DNA of 23,421 bases from Aquificaceae bacterium (GCA_039630345.1 JBCNVD010000005.1:1-23421), one strand, 5' to 3'. Shown: positions 9,114-18,576, numbered from the stretch's first letter. The notes: a model not told the origin generated them from the sequence alone. Program-made: numbers and translations.

Positions 9114-9517
9114 GATTCGCTCCTGTCTCCAAAGATTTCTTTTTTCCATATAGGGGCTTTTAACTTTACTTCGTTGACAACAAATTCACAACCTTTAAAG
9201 CACTCTGCTCTGTGTGAGCCAAAGACCGCAACCATAAAAGACTCCTCTCCTACATTCACCTGCCCTATTCTGTGATGGATAAATACCTCTATAAGGCCAA
9301 AGCGCTCTATAGCCTCGGCTCTTATCTTTGACATAACCTCTATGGCCATCTCTTCGTATGCTTCGTAAAAGAGCATTCTGACATCTCCATCTTCCGGTGC
9401 GCTTCTGGCAATTCCTAAAAAAATCACACTGGCCCCGCACTCTTTGGGGGGTAAATAATGATTATTTAAAGCTCTAACGCCAAACCACTCAATGCCTATA
9501 TAGACCCTTGGCAACAC
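9101..9517 (-). CDS. moaE: Molybdopterin synthase catalytic subunit MoaE
   Basis: GASVIFLGIAR, YEAYEEMA, HRIG, HRAE, APIWKKE motifs; adjacent to moaA. Confidence 0.93.
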   Translation of the reverse strand: MLPRVYIGIEWFGVRALNNHYLPPKECGASVIFLGIARSAPEDGDVRMLFYEAYEEMAIEVMSKIRAEAIERFGLIEVFIHHRIGQVNVGEESFMVAVFGSHRAECFKGCEFVVNEVKLKAPIWKKEIFGDRSESWVS

Positions 9518-9541
9518 TCTTTTAAAGATAATGCTTAAAAC

Positions 9542-9576
9542 AAAAAAGTCTCGCCCCCCGAAGGGGGGCGGTTTTT
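9542..9576. terminator. Bidirectional terminator-like hairpin between divergent moaE and trpD
   Basis: AAAAAA-gtct-CGCCCCCC-GAA-GGGGGGCG-g-TTTTT; perfect 8-bp stem at 9552-9570. Function uncertain given its position. Confidence 0.5.
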
Positions 9577-9585
9577 AATAATAGA

Positions 9586-10599
9586 ATGCAGTCTTTGCTT
9601 AAAAAGCTCTCGCTTGGGGAGAATCTATCCAGAGAGGAGTGCATATTTGCCTTTGAGGCGATTTTAAGCGGTGAGGCGAGCCCTTCGCAGATAGGGGCTT
9701 TTTTGATGGGGCTTTGTGTAAAAGGTGAGACCAAAGAGGAGCTGGTTGCGGGTGTGGAGGTTCTAAGGAGCAAAGCCCTAAAGATTAGTTTGGAAAACCC
9801 CGAAGAGCTCGTTGATAATTGTGGCACCGGTGGAGATATGGCTGGCACTTTTAACATATCAACAGCCAGCGCATTTGTTCTGGCCGGTGGGGGAGTGAGG
9901 ATTGCAAAACACGGAAACAGGTCTGTGTCTTCAAAAAGCGGGAGCGCAGACTTTTTAAAGGCTCTTGGGGCAAAGGTTGAGTTAGGTCCTGAAGAAGTTT
10001 CTAAAATGATAAGTGAGCTTGGAATAGGCTTTCTTTATGCGCCTATTTTCCATCCTGCTATGAAATTAGTTGCGCCAATTAGGAAAGAGCTGGGTTTTCG
10101 CTCTATTTTTAATCTCATAGGACCGCTTTCTAATCCTGCCTTTGTAAAGAGGCAGGTTGTGGGTGTTTATTCAGGAAAGTTATTGCCGCTTTTTGCACAG
10201 ACCCTTCTTTCGCTTGGTTCTTTGAAGGCTTTTGTAGTCTTTGGGAAGGAGGGTCTTGATGAGGTATCTGTGTGCGGAGAGACTGATTTTGCCAGCATCA
10301 GTGCAAATGGTGTGAGCTTTGGGGTTTTTCACCCTTCCGAGGTTGGACTAAAAACCCACAGTATCAAAGACTTGCAGGTAAACTCCCCAGAAGAGAGTGT
10401 GAAGGTGGTTTTATCTGCCTTAAGTGGTGAGAGTTCCCCTGTGCTTGATGCGATAATACTAAATGCCGCCTTTGGGTTTGTGGTTGCGGATTTAGCCAGC
10501 GATTTAAAAAGCGGTGTTGAGATGGCAAAAGAGTCAGTTTTTTCAGGCAAGGCTTTAAAAAAACTAAAAGATTTTGTAGAGCTCTCAAACAGGCTTTGA
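9586..10599 (+). CDS. trpD: Anthranilate phosphoribosyltransferase
   Basis: DNCGTGGD...FNIST, KHGNRSVSSKSGSAD, FNLIGPLSNP, GLDE. Confidence 0.96.
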   Translation: MQSLLKKLSLGENLSREECIFAFEAILSGEASPSQIGAFLMGLCVKGETKEELVAGVEVLRSKALKISLENPEELVDNCGTGGDMAGTFNISTASAFVLAGGGVRIAKHGNRSVSSKSGSADFLKALGAKVELGPEEVSKMISELGIGFLYAPIFHPAMKLVAPIRKELGFRSIFNLIGPLSNPAFVKRQVVGVYSGKLLPLFAQTLLSLGSLKAFVVFGKEGLDEVSVCGETDFASISANGVSFGVFHPSEVGLKTHSIKDLQVNSPEESVKVVLSALSGESSPVLDAIILNAAFGFVVADLASDLKSGVEMAKESVFSGKALKKLKDFVELSNRL

Positions 10600-11300
10600 A
10601 AATAGGTAAAGTTAGCTATTTAAACACTATACCGCTTTTTTATAGCTGGGAAGGGGATTTTGAACTGATTGAAGGCCATCCAAGAGAGCTAACAATTGCC
10701 CTAAGAGAAGGCAGGATACAGGGCGGGATAGTATCCTCTGTTGAGTATCTGATAAACAAAGACAGATACAAACTAATTGGCGATTTTTGTATTGCCAGCA
10801 GGGAAAGAGCCTGCTCTGTGATAATTTGCTCTGATAAGCAAATAGAGACGATAAAGACGCTTTCGCTCAGTGAGCACTCTCTTAGCTCCAACCTTTTGGC
10901 TATTTATTTGCTTAAAGGGGTAGAGGTTTTAAAGCCGGGCAAGAGCGCAGACGCCAGAGTGATTATAGGGGATGAGGCTTTTAAAGCTATTGGGGGTTGC
11001 AGGTATTTTTATGACCTTGTCTCTTTATGGAGGTCAAAAACCGGTCTTGGTTTTGTTTTTGCGCTCTTTATGGTTAGAAAAGATGTAGACAATAAAGAGA
11101 TTAAAAAGCTAGAGCTAAACATACATAACTCTCTTGAGAGGTTTTTCTCCAGTATTCCTAAGCACCTGGAGGCAAAAAGAGATTACTTTACCAGATGCTT
11201 GCATTATAGATTAACAGAGGAGGACTTTATGTCGCTTAAAGTCTTTGAGGATATTTTATCCTCCCAGCTTTATAATTTCCAGAAGGAGGTTTTAGAATGA
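10596..11300 (+). CDS. mqnA: Chorismate dehydratase (futalosine menaquinone pathway)
   Basis: KIGKVSYLNTIPL, SSVEY, VIIGDEA, YDL...W...TGLGFVFALF motifs; TTG start overlaps trpD stop. Confidence 0.85.
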   Translation: MKIGKVSYLNTIPLFYSWEGDFELIEGHPRELTIALREGRIQGGIVSSVEYLINKDRYKLIGDFCIASRERACSVIICSDKQIETIKTLSLSEHSLSSNLLAIYLLKGVEVLKPGKSADARVIIGDEAFKAIGGCRYFYDLVSLWRSKTGLGFVFALFMVRKDVDNKEIKKLELNIHNSLERFFSSIPKHLEAKRDYFTRCLHYRLTEEDFMSLKVFEDILSSQLYNFQKEVLE

Positions 11301-11695
11301 GAAGAGGTATTATTCTAATTTCTGCAGTTGGTATCTCTGCTGGTTTGCTCTCTTGCGCAGCAGGGACTTCAGGCGCTACTTCACAGGGAGCCGGAGTAGG
11401 AGCCGTTGGTGGGGCAGCTGCGGGAGCGTTGATTGATAAGGAAAACCGCTGGCGCGGGGCAGTTATTGGTGGAGCCCTTGGTGCTGTTATTGGTGGGACA
11501 ATCACAGAGATTGCATCAAGGTCAGCCAAAGAAGCTGCTTCTCAAAACAGACCTGTTGAGTATATATCCGAGGATAGAAAACAGAGGGTTGTTTCAGAGC
11601 CTGTTGCAAGCAGGGGAAATTGCAGGATCGTTAAAACAACTTACTATCAGGACGGTAGACCCATAAAGACAGAAGAGAGAGAAGTTTGCAACTAA
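11297..11695 (+). CDS. Glycine-zipper lipoprotein
   Basis: Lipobox LLSC; GAGVGAVGGAAAGA / GAVIGGALGAVIGG glycine zipper; two C-terminal Cys. Confidence 0.8.
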   Translation: MRRGIILISAVGISAGLLSCAAGTSGATSQGAGVGAVGGAAAGALIDKENRWRGAVIGGALGAVIGGTITEIASRSAKEAASQNRPVEYISEDRKQRVVSEPVASRGNCRIVKTTYYQDGRPIKTEEREVCN

Positions 11696-11699
11696 AGCT

Positions 11700-11789
11700 G
11701 GCGAGGTGCCGGAGTGGTCGAACGGGGCGGTCTCGAAAATCGCTGTGGGTCTTTACGGTCCACCGGGGGTTCGAATCCCTCCCTCGCCG
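11700..11789 (+). tRNA. tRNA-Ser(CGA), CCA not encoded
   Basis: Acceptor stem GGCGAGG/CCTCGCC, discriminator G, anticodon arm GCGGT-CTCGAAA-ATCGC, long variable arm, GGTTCGAATCC T-loop. Confidence 0.95.
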
Positions 11790-11798
11790 AATAAATAG

Positions 11799-12389
11799 AT
11801 GCATATTCTTGTTATAGATAATTACGACTCTTTTACCTATAATCTGGTTAATTACCTTGCAGTTCTTGGTGCGAGGGTTTCAGTTGTTTTGAATGACGAA
11901 AAAACAGCTGAAGATATTCAGTCAATGGACATAGACGGGATTTTAATATCGCCGGGGCCTTGCACCCCTGCTCAGTCGGGTATATCCGTTGAGGTTATAA
12001 GAAGGTTTTATAAAACCATACCAATTCTTGGCGTATGTCTTGGTCATCAGGCTATAGGTTATGCCTTTGGTGCGAAGATAGTAAAGTCGAAAAATCTAAT
12101 GCATGGCAAGGGCTCTATGATAACTCACGACTCTCAAGGCATATTCAAAGGTATTAAAAACCCTTTTTATGCAATAAGATACCACTCTCTTGTCATAGAC
12201 GAAAGTACCCTTCCAGAGAGCCTTATAATTCAGGCAAGGTCTGACGATGGCGAGATTATGGCAATTCGTCACCATAGCGCACCCCTTTTTGGTGTTCAGT
12301 TTCACCCAGAATCCGTGCTTTCAGAGTGCGGAATGGAACTTCTTGCAAATTTTCTAAGCGTGGTGGAGGGAAGCGCTTGCGGGTTTTAA
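11799..12389 (+). CDS. trpG: Anthranilate/aminodeoxychorismate synthase glutamine amidotransferase component II
   Basis: IDNYDSFTYNL, SPGP, GVCLGHQ, RYHSL, QFHPES (TrpG/PabA family). Confidence 0.92.
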   Translation: MHILVIDNYDSFTYNLVNYLAVLGARVSVVLNDEKTAEDIQSMDIDGILISPGPCTPAQSGISVEVIRRFYKTIPILGVCLGHQAIGYAFGAKIVKSKNLMHGKGSMITHDSQGIFKGIKNPFYAIRYHSLVIDESTLPESLIIQARSDDGEIMAIRHHSAPLFGVQFHPESVLSECGMELLANFLSVVEGSACGF

Positions 12390-13630
12390 TAGTTGGCAAA
12401 GGCGGTAGAGAGCATGCTCTTGCCTGGAAAATTTCCAAAAGCCCAATCCTGGAAGAGTTATTTTGCCTAAATCCAAATCCGGGTATGCAAAGCCTTTGTA
12501 AGGCTTCAGATGGGGAAGATATAATAAGTTTCTGCAAAAAAAGAGGGATTGACCTGGTTATCATAGGTCCTGAAAATCCAATTGCTGAAGGTCTTGCGGA
12601 CAGACTTTTAGAATCCGGGATTGGAGTTTTTGCTCCCACAAAAAAAGCTTCTAAGTTAGAGGCAAGTAAAGTTTTTGCCAAAAGGCTAATGGAAAGATAT
12701 GGCATCCCAACCGCCAGCTTTGAGGTATTTGAAGACATCCAAAAAGCAAAGAGGTTCATAAAAGACTTTGGTGCGCCTTTGGTCATAAAAGCCGACGGTC
12801 TTGCGGGAGGAAAAGGCGTCTTTGTGTGCAGGGATTTAAATGAGGCTCTTGAGGCAATTAACATCCTGATGTCTCAGGACGCTTTTAAAGGCGCAGGAAA
12901 AAAAGTGGTGATTGAGGAATTTTTAGAGGGAAAGGAAGCCTCTTTTATAGTTTTGGTTAATGGCGAGCGCTTTTTGCAGCTCCCAACTGCCCTTGATTAT
13001 AAGAGACTTCTTGACGGCGATAAAGGTCCAAACACCGGCGGAATGGGCGCTGTTTCCCCAAACCCTTACTTAAACAAAGAGCTTAGATCGCAGGTAATAA
13101 ATAAGATACTTACCCCGCTCCTTGGAGCTCTGAAGTCTGAAGGCATAAACTACCTTGGCTTTCTCTACATCGGTCTTATGCTGACAAAAGATGGCCCCAA
13201 GGTCCTGGAATTTAATGTCCGCCTTGGAGACCCAGAAACTCAGGCTATCCTGCCAAGGCTTGAGGTAGACCTACTTGAGCTTATCCTTAACTTTATGCAG
13301 GGCAGAGACTGCAAGGTTTTGCAAAAACCAGAGGCATGTGCATGTGCGGTTCTTGCAAGCGAAGGCTATCCTCTAAAGGTAAAGGATGGCAGGGAAATTA
13401 AGGGCATAGAGACTCTCTCTCAGGACACTCTCGTCTTTCATGCAGGCACTAAACTCTCTAATGGCAAACTGCACACCTCCGGGGGCAGGGTTCTAAATCT
13501 TTGTATTCTTGATAAAGACATAAGCGCGCTTCGCGCAAAACTATACGGAGAAATCCGAAAAATCTATTTTGAAGGTATGCAATATCGCAAAGATATTGCT
13601 CTTTTTGAAGAGTTTAGCTTTGATGAATAA
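12377..13630 (+). CDS. purD: Phosphoribosylamine-glycine ligase
   Basis: GKGGREHALAW, KADGLAGGKGV, GPNTGGMG, EFNVRLGDPETQ, GGRVL. Start moved to TTG 12377 behind GGAGG. Confidence 0.96.
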   Translation: MRVLIVGKGGREHALAWKISKSPILEELFCLNPNPGMQSLCKASDGEDIISFCKKRGIDLVIIGPENPIAEGLADRLLESGIGVFAPTKKASKLEASKVFAKRLMERYGIPTASFEVFEDIQKAKRFIKDFGAPLVIKADGLAGGKGVFVCRDLNEALEAINILMSQDAFKGAGKKVVIEEFLEGKEASFIVLVNGERFLQLPTALDYKRLLDGDKGPNTGGMGAVSPNPYLNKELRSQVINKILTPLLGALKSEGINYLGFLYIGLMLTKDGPKVLEFNVRLGDPETQAILPRLEVDLLELILNFMQGRDCKVLQKPEACACAVLASEGYPLKVKDGREIKGIETLSQDTLVFHAGTKLSNGKLHTSGGRVLNLCILDKDISALRAKLYGEIRKIYFEGMQYRKDIALFEEFSFDE

Positions 13631-14537
13631 AAATATCCTGGAGCTAAAAAGCGTAAGTAAGAAGTTTTCAACTGGCTTTATAAAAAAAAGAACCACAGTA
13701 GCCCTGTCAAATGTATCTTTTAACATACCCCAGGGCAAAATCTTTGCTCTCGTTGGTGAATCAGGTTCTGGCAAAACAACAACCGCAAAGCTAATATTAA
13801 GACTTGAAAAACCTGATTCCGGCAAGATCACGCTTTTTGAAAAAGATATCTATTCTTACGGCAAGGAATATGCCAGAAAGGTCTCTTTTGTCTTTCAAGA
13901 CCCTCGTTCTTCCCTCAACCCAAGAATGAAAGTATTTGACATAGTTTCAGAACCTGTTAGAATTCAGGGCTTAAACCTCTCGCGTTCAGAGATAGAGAGT
14001 CTTGTTATAAAGTCTTTGGTTGCTTCTGGGCTTGATGATAGTTTCTTAAATAAAAAGCCCACGGCACTATCAGGGGGTCAAAGCCAGAGAGTGGCAATAG
14101 CAAGAGCTCTGATCCTGAATCCTGCATTGCTTGTTGCAGACGAGCCGACTGCTTCTTTGGATGCATCCCACAGAGCAACCATCTTGGAAACTTTCAGAGA
14201 GATAAACTCAAGAGGCACTTCCATAATGCTAATTACCCACGATTTAAAAAGTGCCTTAAAGCTCGCTGATATCGTAGGCATTATGTTTATGGGTCATCTT
14301 GTCGAACTTGGACCTATCGACCAGGTTTTTAAAAGCCCCATGCACCCATATACAATCGAGCTCCTCTCCTCTGCTTTGCAAAAACAGGATCAATCCCAAA
14401 TAATTGAAGAGTCAGATACTTTAACATCCAGCGGCTGTGTTTTTTTCAATAGGTGCAAACAGAGAAAAGACACCTGCAAAGAAGGGGTTAAAGAGGTTTC
14501 TTTAAATGGCAGAAGGATCCTCTGTAACTTATACTGA
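13623..14537 (+). CDS. Dipeptide/oligopeptide ABC transporter ATP-binding protein (DppF/OppF-like)
   Basis: Walker A GESGSGKT, FQDP Q-loop, LSGGQ, Walker B ADEPT, HPYT, Cys-rich C-terminus. Start moved to ATG 13623. Confidence 0.9.
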   Translation: MNKNILELKSVSKKFSTGFIKKRTTVALSNVSFNIPQGKIFALVGESGSGKTTTAKLILRLEKPDSGKITLFEKDIYSYGKEYARKVSFVFQDPRSSLNPRMKVFDIVSEPVRIQGLNLSRSEIESLVIKSLVASGLDDSFLNKKPTALSGGQSQRVAIARALILNPALLVADEPTASLDASHRATILETFREINSRGTSIMLITHDLKSALKLADIVGIMFMGHLVELGPIDQVFKSPMHPYTIELLSSALQKQDQSQIIEESDTLTSSGCVFFNRCKQRKDTCKEGVKEVSLNGRRILCNLY

Positions 14538-15726
14538 CCTTATTTCTATCCTTTTTCTGATACTTCTCTCTGGATTTTTTAGCTCTTCAGAGATAGTGTT
14601 CTTTGGAGCAGACCTGAGGGTTTTAAAACTAAGACTAAAAACTACCTTCTACAGGGCGATATATGCCCTCATTTCAAAACCAACTGAGCTTTTAATGACT
14701 ATCATAATAGGCAACGAGCTTGTAAATGTGCTTATATCTTCTTACACAGCAAGTGTATTGCTAAAAGCTTTAGGAAGTGAAGGAACCGCTCTTGCAGTGG
14801 TTATATCGAGCGCTATCATCTTTCTATTGGGTGAAGTTTTGCCAAAAAATATAGCTTTGCCCGCAAGCACTTATCTATTACCCTTATATTATCCTGTTTT
14901 TCGTCTGTTTCATAAATTATTTTACCCCTTTAGACTTATTGCAAAGGTCGTTACAGAAAAACTCGCAGAACCAAAACTGCAGGCTGAATATTCCCGGGAT
15001 AGCTTTATAGAGCTTGTAAATCTTGGTATAAAGCTCGGTTATTTCAAAAACTCAGTCTACGAACCAGTGCTAAGGGCATCTTCGCTAGGAGAAAAGACCG
15101 TCAGAGAGATCATGACTCCTTTGCCTGATGTTTTTACCCTGCCAGAAAACACCCCAGTAGAAGAGTCCATAAAAGAGCTCATAGAGCGAAAACACTCTCA
15201 CATAGTAATTGGTTCTCAGGACAAAATAATCGGCATTTTAAGAACCAGCGATCTACTTCCGCTTTACGAAAATAGAGGCAAAAAACTGGGTGAACTTGCA
15301 AAAGAAGCTATATTTGTGCCAGAGCTCTTATCGGTCACAGAGCTTTTAAGCACTCTCAGAAAGCAGGGTTCAAAGATTGCACTGGTTGTTGATGAACACG
15401 GTCAACTATCAGGAGTTGTTACATTTCATGATATTCTAATGAGCATCTTCGGTCCAGTGCCGGAAGGCTGGGAGGGTGAATTTGTGAGTCTCTCTGTAGA
15501 CTCTTACATGGTCAAGGGCTGGGCAAACATAGAAGAAGTAGCAAAATCTATAGGATTTGACCTTCCAGAGGATTATGATTATGATACTATAGCAGGTTTT
15601 ATCATGTCAAACCTTGTAAAAGTCCCCGAAGAGGGCGATGAGTTTACCTACGCTCAATTTAAATTCACTGTCAGCAAAATGCACGGCAATAGAATAATAG
15701 ATGTTTTAATCCAGAGACTACAATGA
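14506..15726 (+). CDS. CNNM/HlyC-CorC family transporter (DUF21 + CBS pair + CorC domain)
   Basis: SGFFSSSE, IIGNELVN, GEVLPK, VVDEHG, YDTIAG motifs. Confidence 0.9.
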   Translation: MAEGSSVTYTDLISILFLILLSGFFSSSEIVFFGADLRVLKLRLKTTFYRAIYALISKPTELLMTIIIGNELVNVLISSYTASVLLKALGSEGTALAVVISSAIIFLLGEVLPKNIALPASTYLLPLYYPVFRLFHKLFYPFRLIAKVVTEKLAEPKLQAEYSRDSFIELVNLGIKLGYFKNSVYEPVLRASSLGEKTVREIMTPLPDVFTLPENTPVEESIKELIERKHSHIVIGSQDKIIGILRTSDLLPLYENRGKKLGELAKEAIFVPELLSVTELLSTLRKQGSKIALVVDEHGQLSGVVTFHDILMSIFGPVPEGWEGEFVSLSVDSYMVKGWANIEEVAKSIGFDLPEDYDYDTIAGFIMSNLVKVPEEGDEFTYAQFKFTVSKMHGNRIIDVLIQRLQ

Positions 15727-16760
15727 ACCTTGAGCTAAACCCGGAAATTAAACCTTCTATAAATATCTCTTTATTAAATATCCTTACAAAGACCTCTCAG
15801 GAAGTTGAAGAAGAAATCAAAAAATACTACCCCAGGTGGCAACCTATTAAGTGCCCAAGCTGGTTTTACGAAAATGTAACATATCAAAGCTCTGATATTT
15901 CAAGCGTGGAAAACCAAATAAGACTTGAGCTAAGTGGCAACCGTTTAAAAATCGCAATGGAAATAATTAGCTGGCTTGACCAGAGAGGCTATTTCATAGG
16001 CAACATAAATCAAATTGCCAAAGACTACAACTCTACTTCACAGGAAGTCGAATCCATTCGCAGGTTCATAGCAACGAACATAGAGCCTCTAGGCACCGCC
16101 TCCTTGAACTTTGAAGAATATATAACCATTCAGCTAAATGAGTTCTACCCCGAAGAGCTAGACCTCGTCCAGGAGGTCTTATCCCTCCTGAGATCAGGAG
16201 TTAAAACCAAGCGCGCCCTTCGGGCGCTATCTACCCTTAAACTCACCCCCTTTGAGTCGAGCGCACCGGCTATTGAGAAAAGGCTAGACATAGTCATTCA
16301 CTACGAGCTTGGAGAGTGGTATATCTCTTTAATGGATGAGCTCCTTTTTTTAAACGCCCCACCAAGGTGGAGAGAGTTTTTAAAATACAGAGCGGGCAAG
16401 CTAAGATTCTTAATTCAGGAATTAATAAAATCTCAGGAAGAGTTTTTACTGGGAAAAGGACCTTTAAAACCCCTCAAACTAAAAGATATGGCGAAAACTT
16501 TAAACCTGAGCATATCCTCTCTAAGCAGGCTTGTTTCCAGAAAACTAATCAAAACTCCTGTGGGCTCTTTCTCCCTTAGAGAGCTCTTTTGCAGAGAGAG
16601 CATAGATGGTATAAGCACCAATGCCATCAAAGAGGCTATTTTGAAAGTGTTAAAAACCAATCCGGAAGCAACTGACGAAGTTATAAGCAAACAACTCCAG
16701 AGCCTTGGTCTCAAAATCTCAAGGCGCACGGTTTCAAAATACAGGTCTAAACTAAGATGA
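15723..16760 (+). CDS. rpoN: RNA polymerase sigma-54 factor, compact form
   Basis: LDQRGY, EPLG, LKPLKLKDMA HTH region, KTPVG, RpoN box ISRRTVSKYR. Confidence 0.85.
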   Translation: MNLELNPEIKPSINISLLNILTKTSQEVEEEIKKYYPRWQPIKCPSWFYENVTYQSSDISSVENQIRLELSGNRLKIAMEIISWLDQRGYFIGNINQIAKDYNSTSQEVESIRRFIATNIEPLGTASLNFEEYITIQLNEFYPEELDLVQEVLSLLRSGVKTKRALRALSTLKLTPFESSAPAIEKRLDIVIHYELGEWYISLMDELLFLNAPPRWREFLKYRAGKLRFLIQELIKSQEEFLLGKGPLKPLKLKDMAKTLNLSISSLSRLVSRKLIKTPVGSFSLRELFCRESIDGISTNAIKEAILKVLKTNPEATDEVISKQLQSLGLKISRRTVSKYRSKLR

Positions 16761-17809
16761 ATCAGCTGGTCAGGAATTTACTTGACAAACATGGTCTTGA
16801 CGCTTTTTTGTTTAGCTCCTACGCAAACGTTTTTTATCTTTCCAAGCTCAGGGCATCAAGCGCTTTTTTTATCCTTACCAGAGAAAGCTCATATCTTTTG
16901 ACAGATAGCAGATACATAGATAGAGCAAGAGCTCTTGCGGGTGAATTTGAAGTTATAAAGATATCAACTCAGGTGCACAGGTTTTTAAAGGAATTTTTGA
17001 AAAATAGAGCAAAATCTGTAGGTTTTGAAAGCGACAAACTAACCTGCGAAAGTAAAAAAAGCCTTTCTTCAAGGGCTTTTCGTCTAGTTGGAATAAGCTC
17101 GCCTTTAAGAGAAATCAGGTCTATAAAAACACATCAGGAACTCGAAGTGATAAAAGCTGGCGTTAAAAAAAGCGACGATATATATCTTAGACTGCTAGAT
17201 TTTTTAAAGCCGGGTCTTAGCGAGCTTGAAGTAAGAGCCTTTTTAAATCAGGAATTTTTTAAAGAAGGTGCAACTGGCGAGAGTTTTCCTGCGATAATAG
17301 CTTCTGGAAAATCCTCTGCCATTCCTCACTGGGAAAGTTCTGAAAATAAAATAAATAGTGGCAAACCTCTTTTGTTGGATTTTGGCATGATTTACATGGG
17401 CTATTGCACTGATTTTACTCGCACTATCTATCTCGGAAAAGCTCCTGATGATTTTAAAAAAGTCTATAACGCTGTAAAAGATGCCTACTTTAGAGCAGTT
17501 GAATATGCCAAAGCAGGAGTTTTAGCAAAAGATTTGGATTCAGTTGCGAGAGAGACTCTAAAATCCTATGGACTTGATAAGTTTTTTACTCACAGTCTTG
17601 GTCATGGTGTTGGTATAGAAATCCACGAGTTCCCGCGCATAAGCCAGTATAGTATAGACACTGTTTTAAAACCCGGGATGGTAATAACCATAGAACCCGG
17701 TGTTTACATACCGGGAGAATTTGGAGTAAGACTTGAGAATATGGTCTTAATCTCAGAAAATGGCTCTTATCCGCTTTCAAACATAAGCCTTGATTTAATA
17801 GAGCTCTAA
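16757..17809 (+). CDS. Xaa-Pro aminopeptidase/dipeptidase (M24B)
   Basis: IPH, DFG...YCTDFTRT, HSLGHGVGIEIHEFP, TIEPGVY, GVRLEN metal-binding motifs. Confidence 0.92.
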   Translation: MNQLVRNLLDKHGLDAFLFSSYANVFYLSKLRASSAFFILTRESSYLLTDSRYIDRARALAGEFEVIKISTQVHRFLKEFLKNRAKSVGFESDKLTCESKKSLSSRAFRLVGISSPLREIRSIKTHQELEVIKAGVKKSDDIYLRLLDFLKPGLSELEVRAFLNQEFFKEGATGESFPAIIASGKSSAIPHWESSENKINSGKPLLLDFGMIYMGYCTDFTRTIYLGKAPDDFKKVYNAVKDAYFRAVEYAKAGVLAKDLDSVARETLKSYGLDKFFTHSLGHGVGIEIHEFPRISQYSIDTVLKPGMVITIEPGVYIPGEFGVRLENMVLISENGSYPLSNISLDLIEL

Positions 17810-17828
17810 TTGTAAAATAAACCCTTTA

Positions 17829-17902
<74 letters not shown>

Positions 17903-17920
17903 CTTAAAACCCTCTTAAAT

Positions 17921-18065
17921 CAAAGCCTTGAAAATAGTCCCTTTTAAAAGCCTTGTCTTCCAATGGGATTGTTTGCAAGGCCTTGAGTATCAATGGTCTG
18001 AATAACCCATTAAAACCCATAAAAACCCGTAGTTCCTGGTTCAATCTTTGAGGTATTTTTGAGGT
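17921..18065. repeat. Cluster of short direct repeats downstream of tRNA-fMet
   Basis: AA(A/G)GCCTTG-N5-CAATGG at 17947 and 17977 (partial third copy at 17922); three 10-mers AATAACCCAT/TAAAACCCAT/AAAAACCCGT at 18001-18030; TTTGAGGT at 18047 and 18058. Confidence 0.7.
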
Positions 18066-18101
18066 TTCCAGGTCTTGATACGCAATAGCTTGAAAGGCAT
18101 A

Positions 18102-18192
18102 TTTTAAGGTCTGGATGTTTAGGGTCTTAAAAATGGTTCTGAGCCTTATCCACCAATGTTTTCCTATGTTTCTGGCTTTCCAGACCTTAAAA
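18102..18192. repeat. Perfect 14-bp inverted repeat, 63-bp spacer
   Basis: TTTTAAGGTCTGGA (18102-18115) and TCCAGACCTTAAAA (18179-18192). Confidence 0.8.
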
Positions 18193-18576
18193 ACCGGTCT
18201 CCAAAAACACGGGCTATGGCTAGTTTGAGCCTCTCAGTTCTATTTTCCTTTAGATTGGTCTGACATTCCATAGATCTTTGCTTAAAACCTTAAAGACTAT
18301 TATCTCTTAGTAGGTTGTGAGACTTCACCTGATGAGTGTCTATTTATATTGTATTTACTGTGTTGTGATTGCTGCTTTCTAAGCAAAATATAGCTGCATA
18401 AGAGCGTGCTTTAAAAATTTCCTGACCCTGCCTGCCTTTTTTCTCTCCTCATATATAGGCTTAGGAGCAACCTATCGTAGAACTGTTGACATGCGACCGT
18501 TTTTATGTATATATTTGACATTGTCCAATGGGAGGTGTCAATTATGATTGAAAGTGGCTTTTCTAAAGGAGGTGCT

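Noticed and set aside
13623..14537. Orphan peptide ABC ATPase with Cys-rich tail
   Set aside because: The Cys tail is a known feature of this family, and scattered pathway genes are the norm in this region.
18164..18271. 35-aa minus-strand ORF (MECQTNLKENRTERLKLAIARVFG...) as a possible integrase C-terminal remnant
   Set aside because: No catalytic tyrosine-recombinase motif and too short to support without a homology search.
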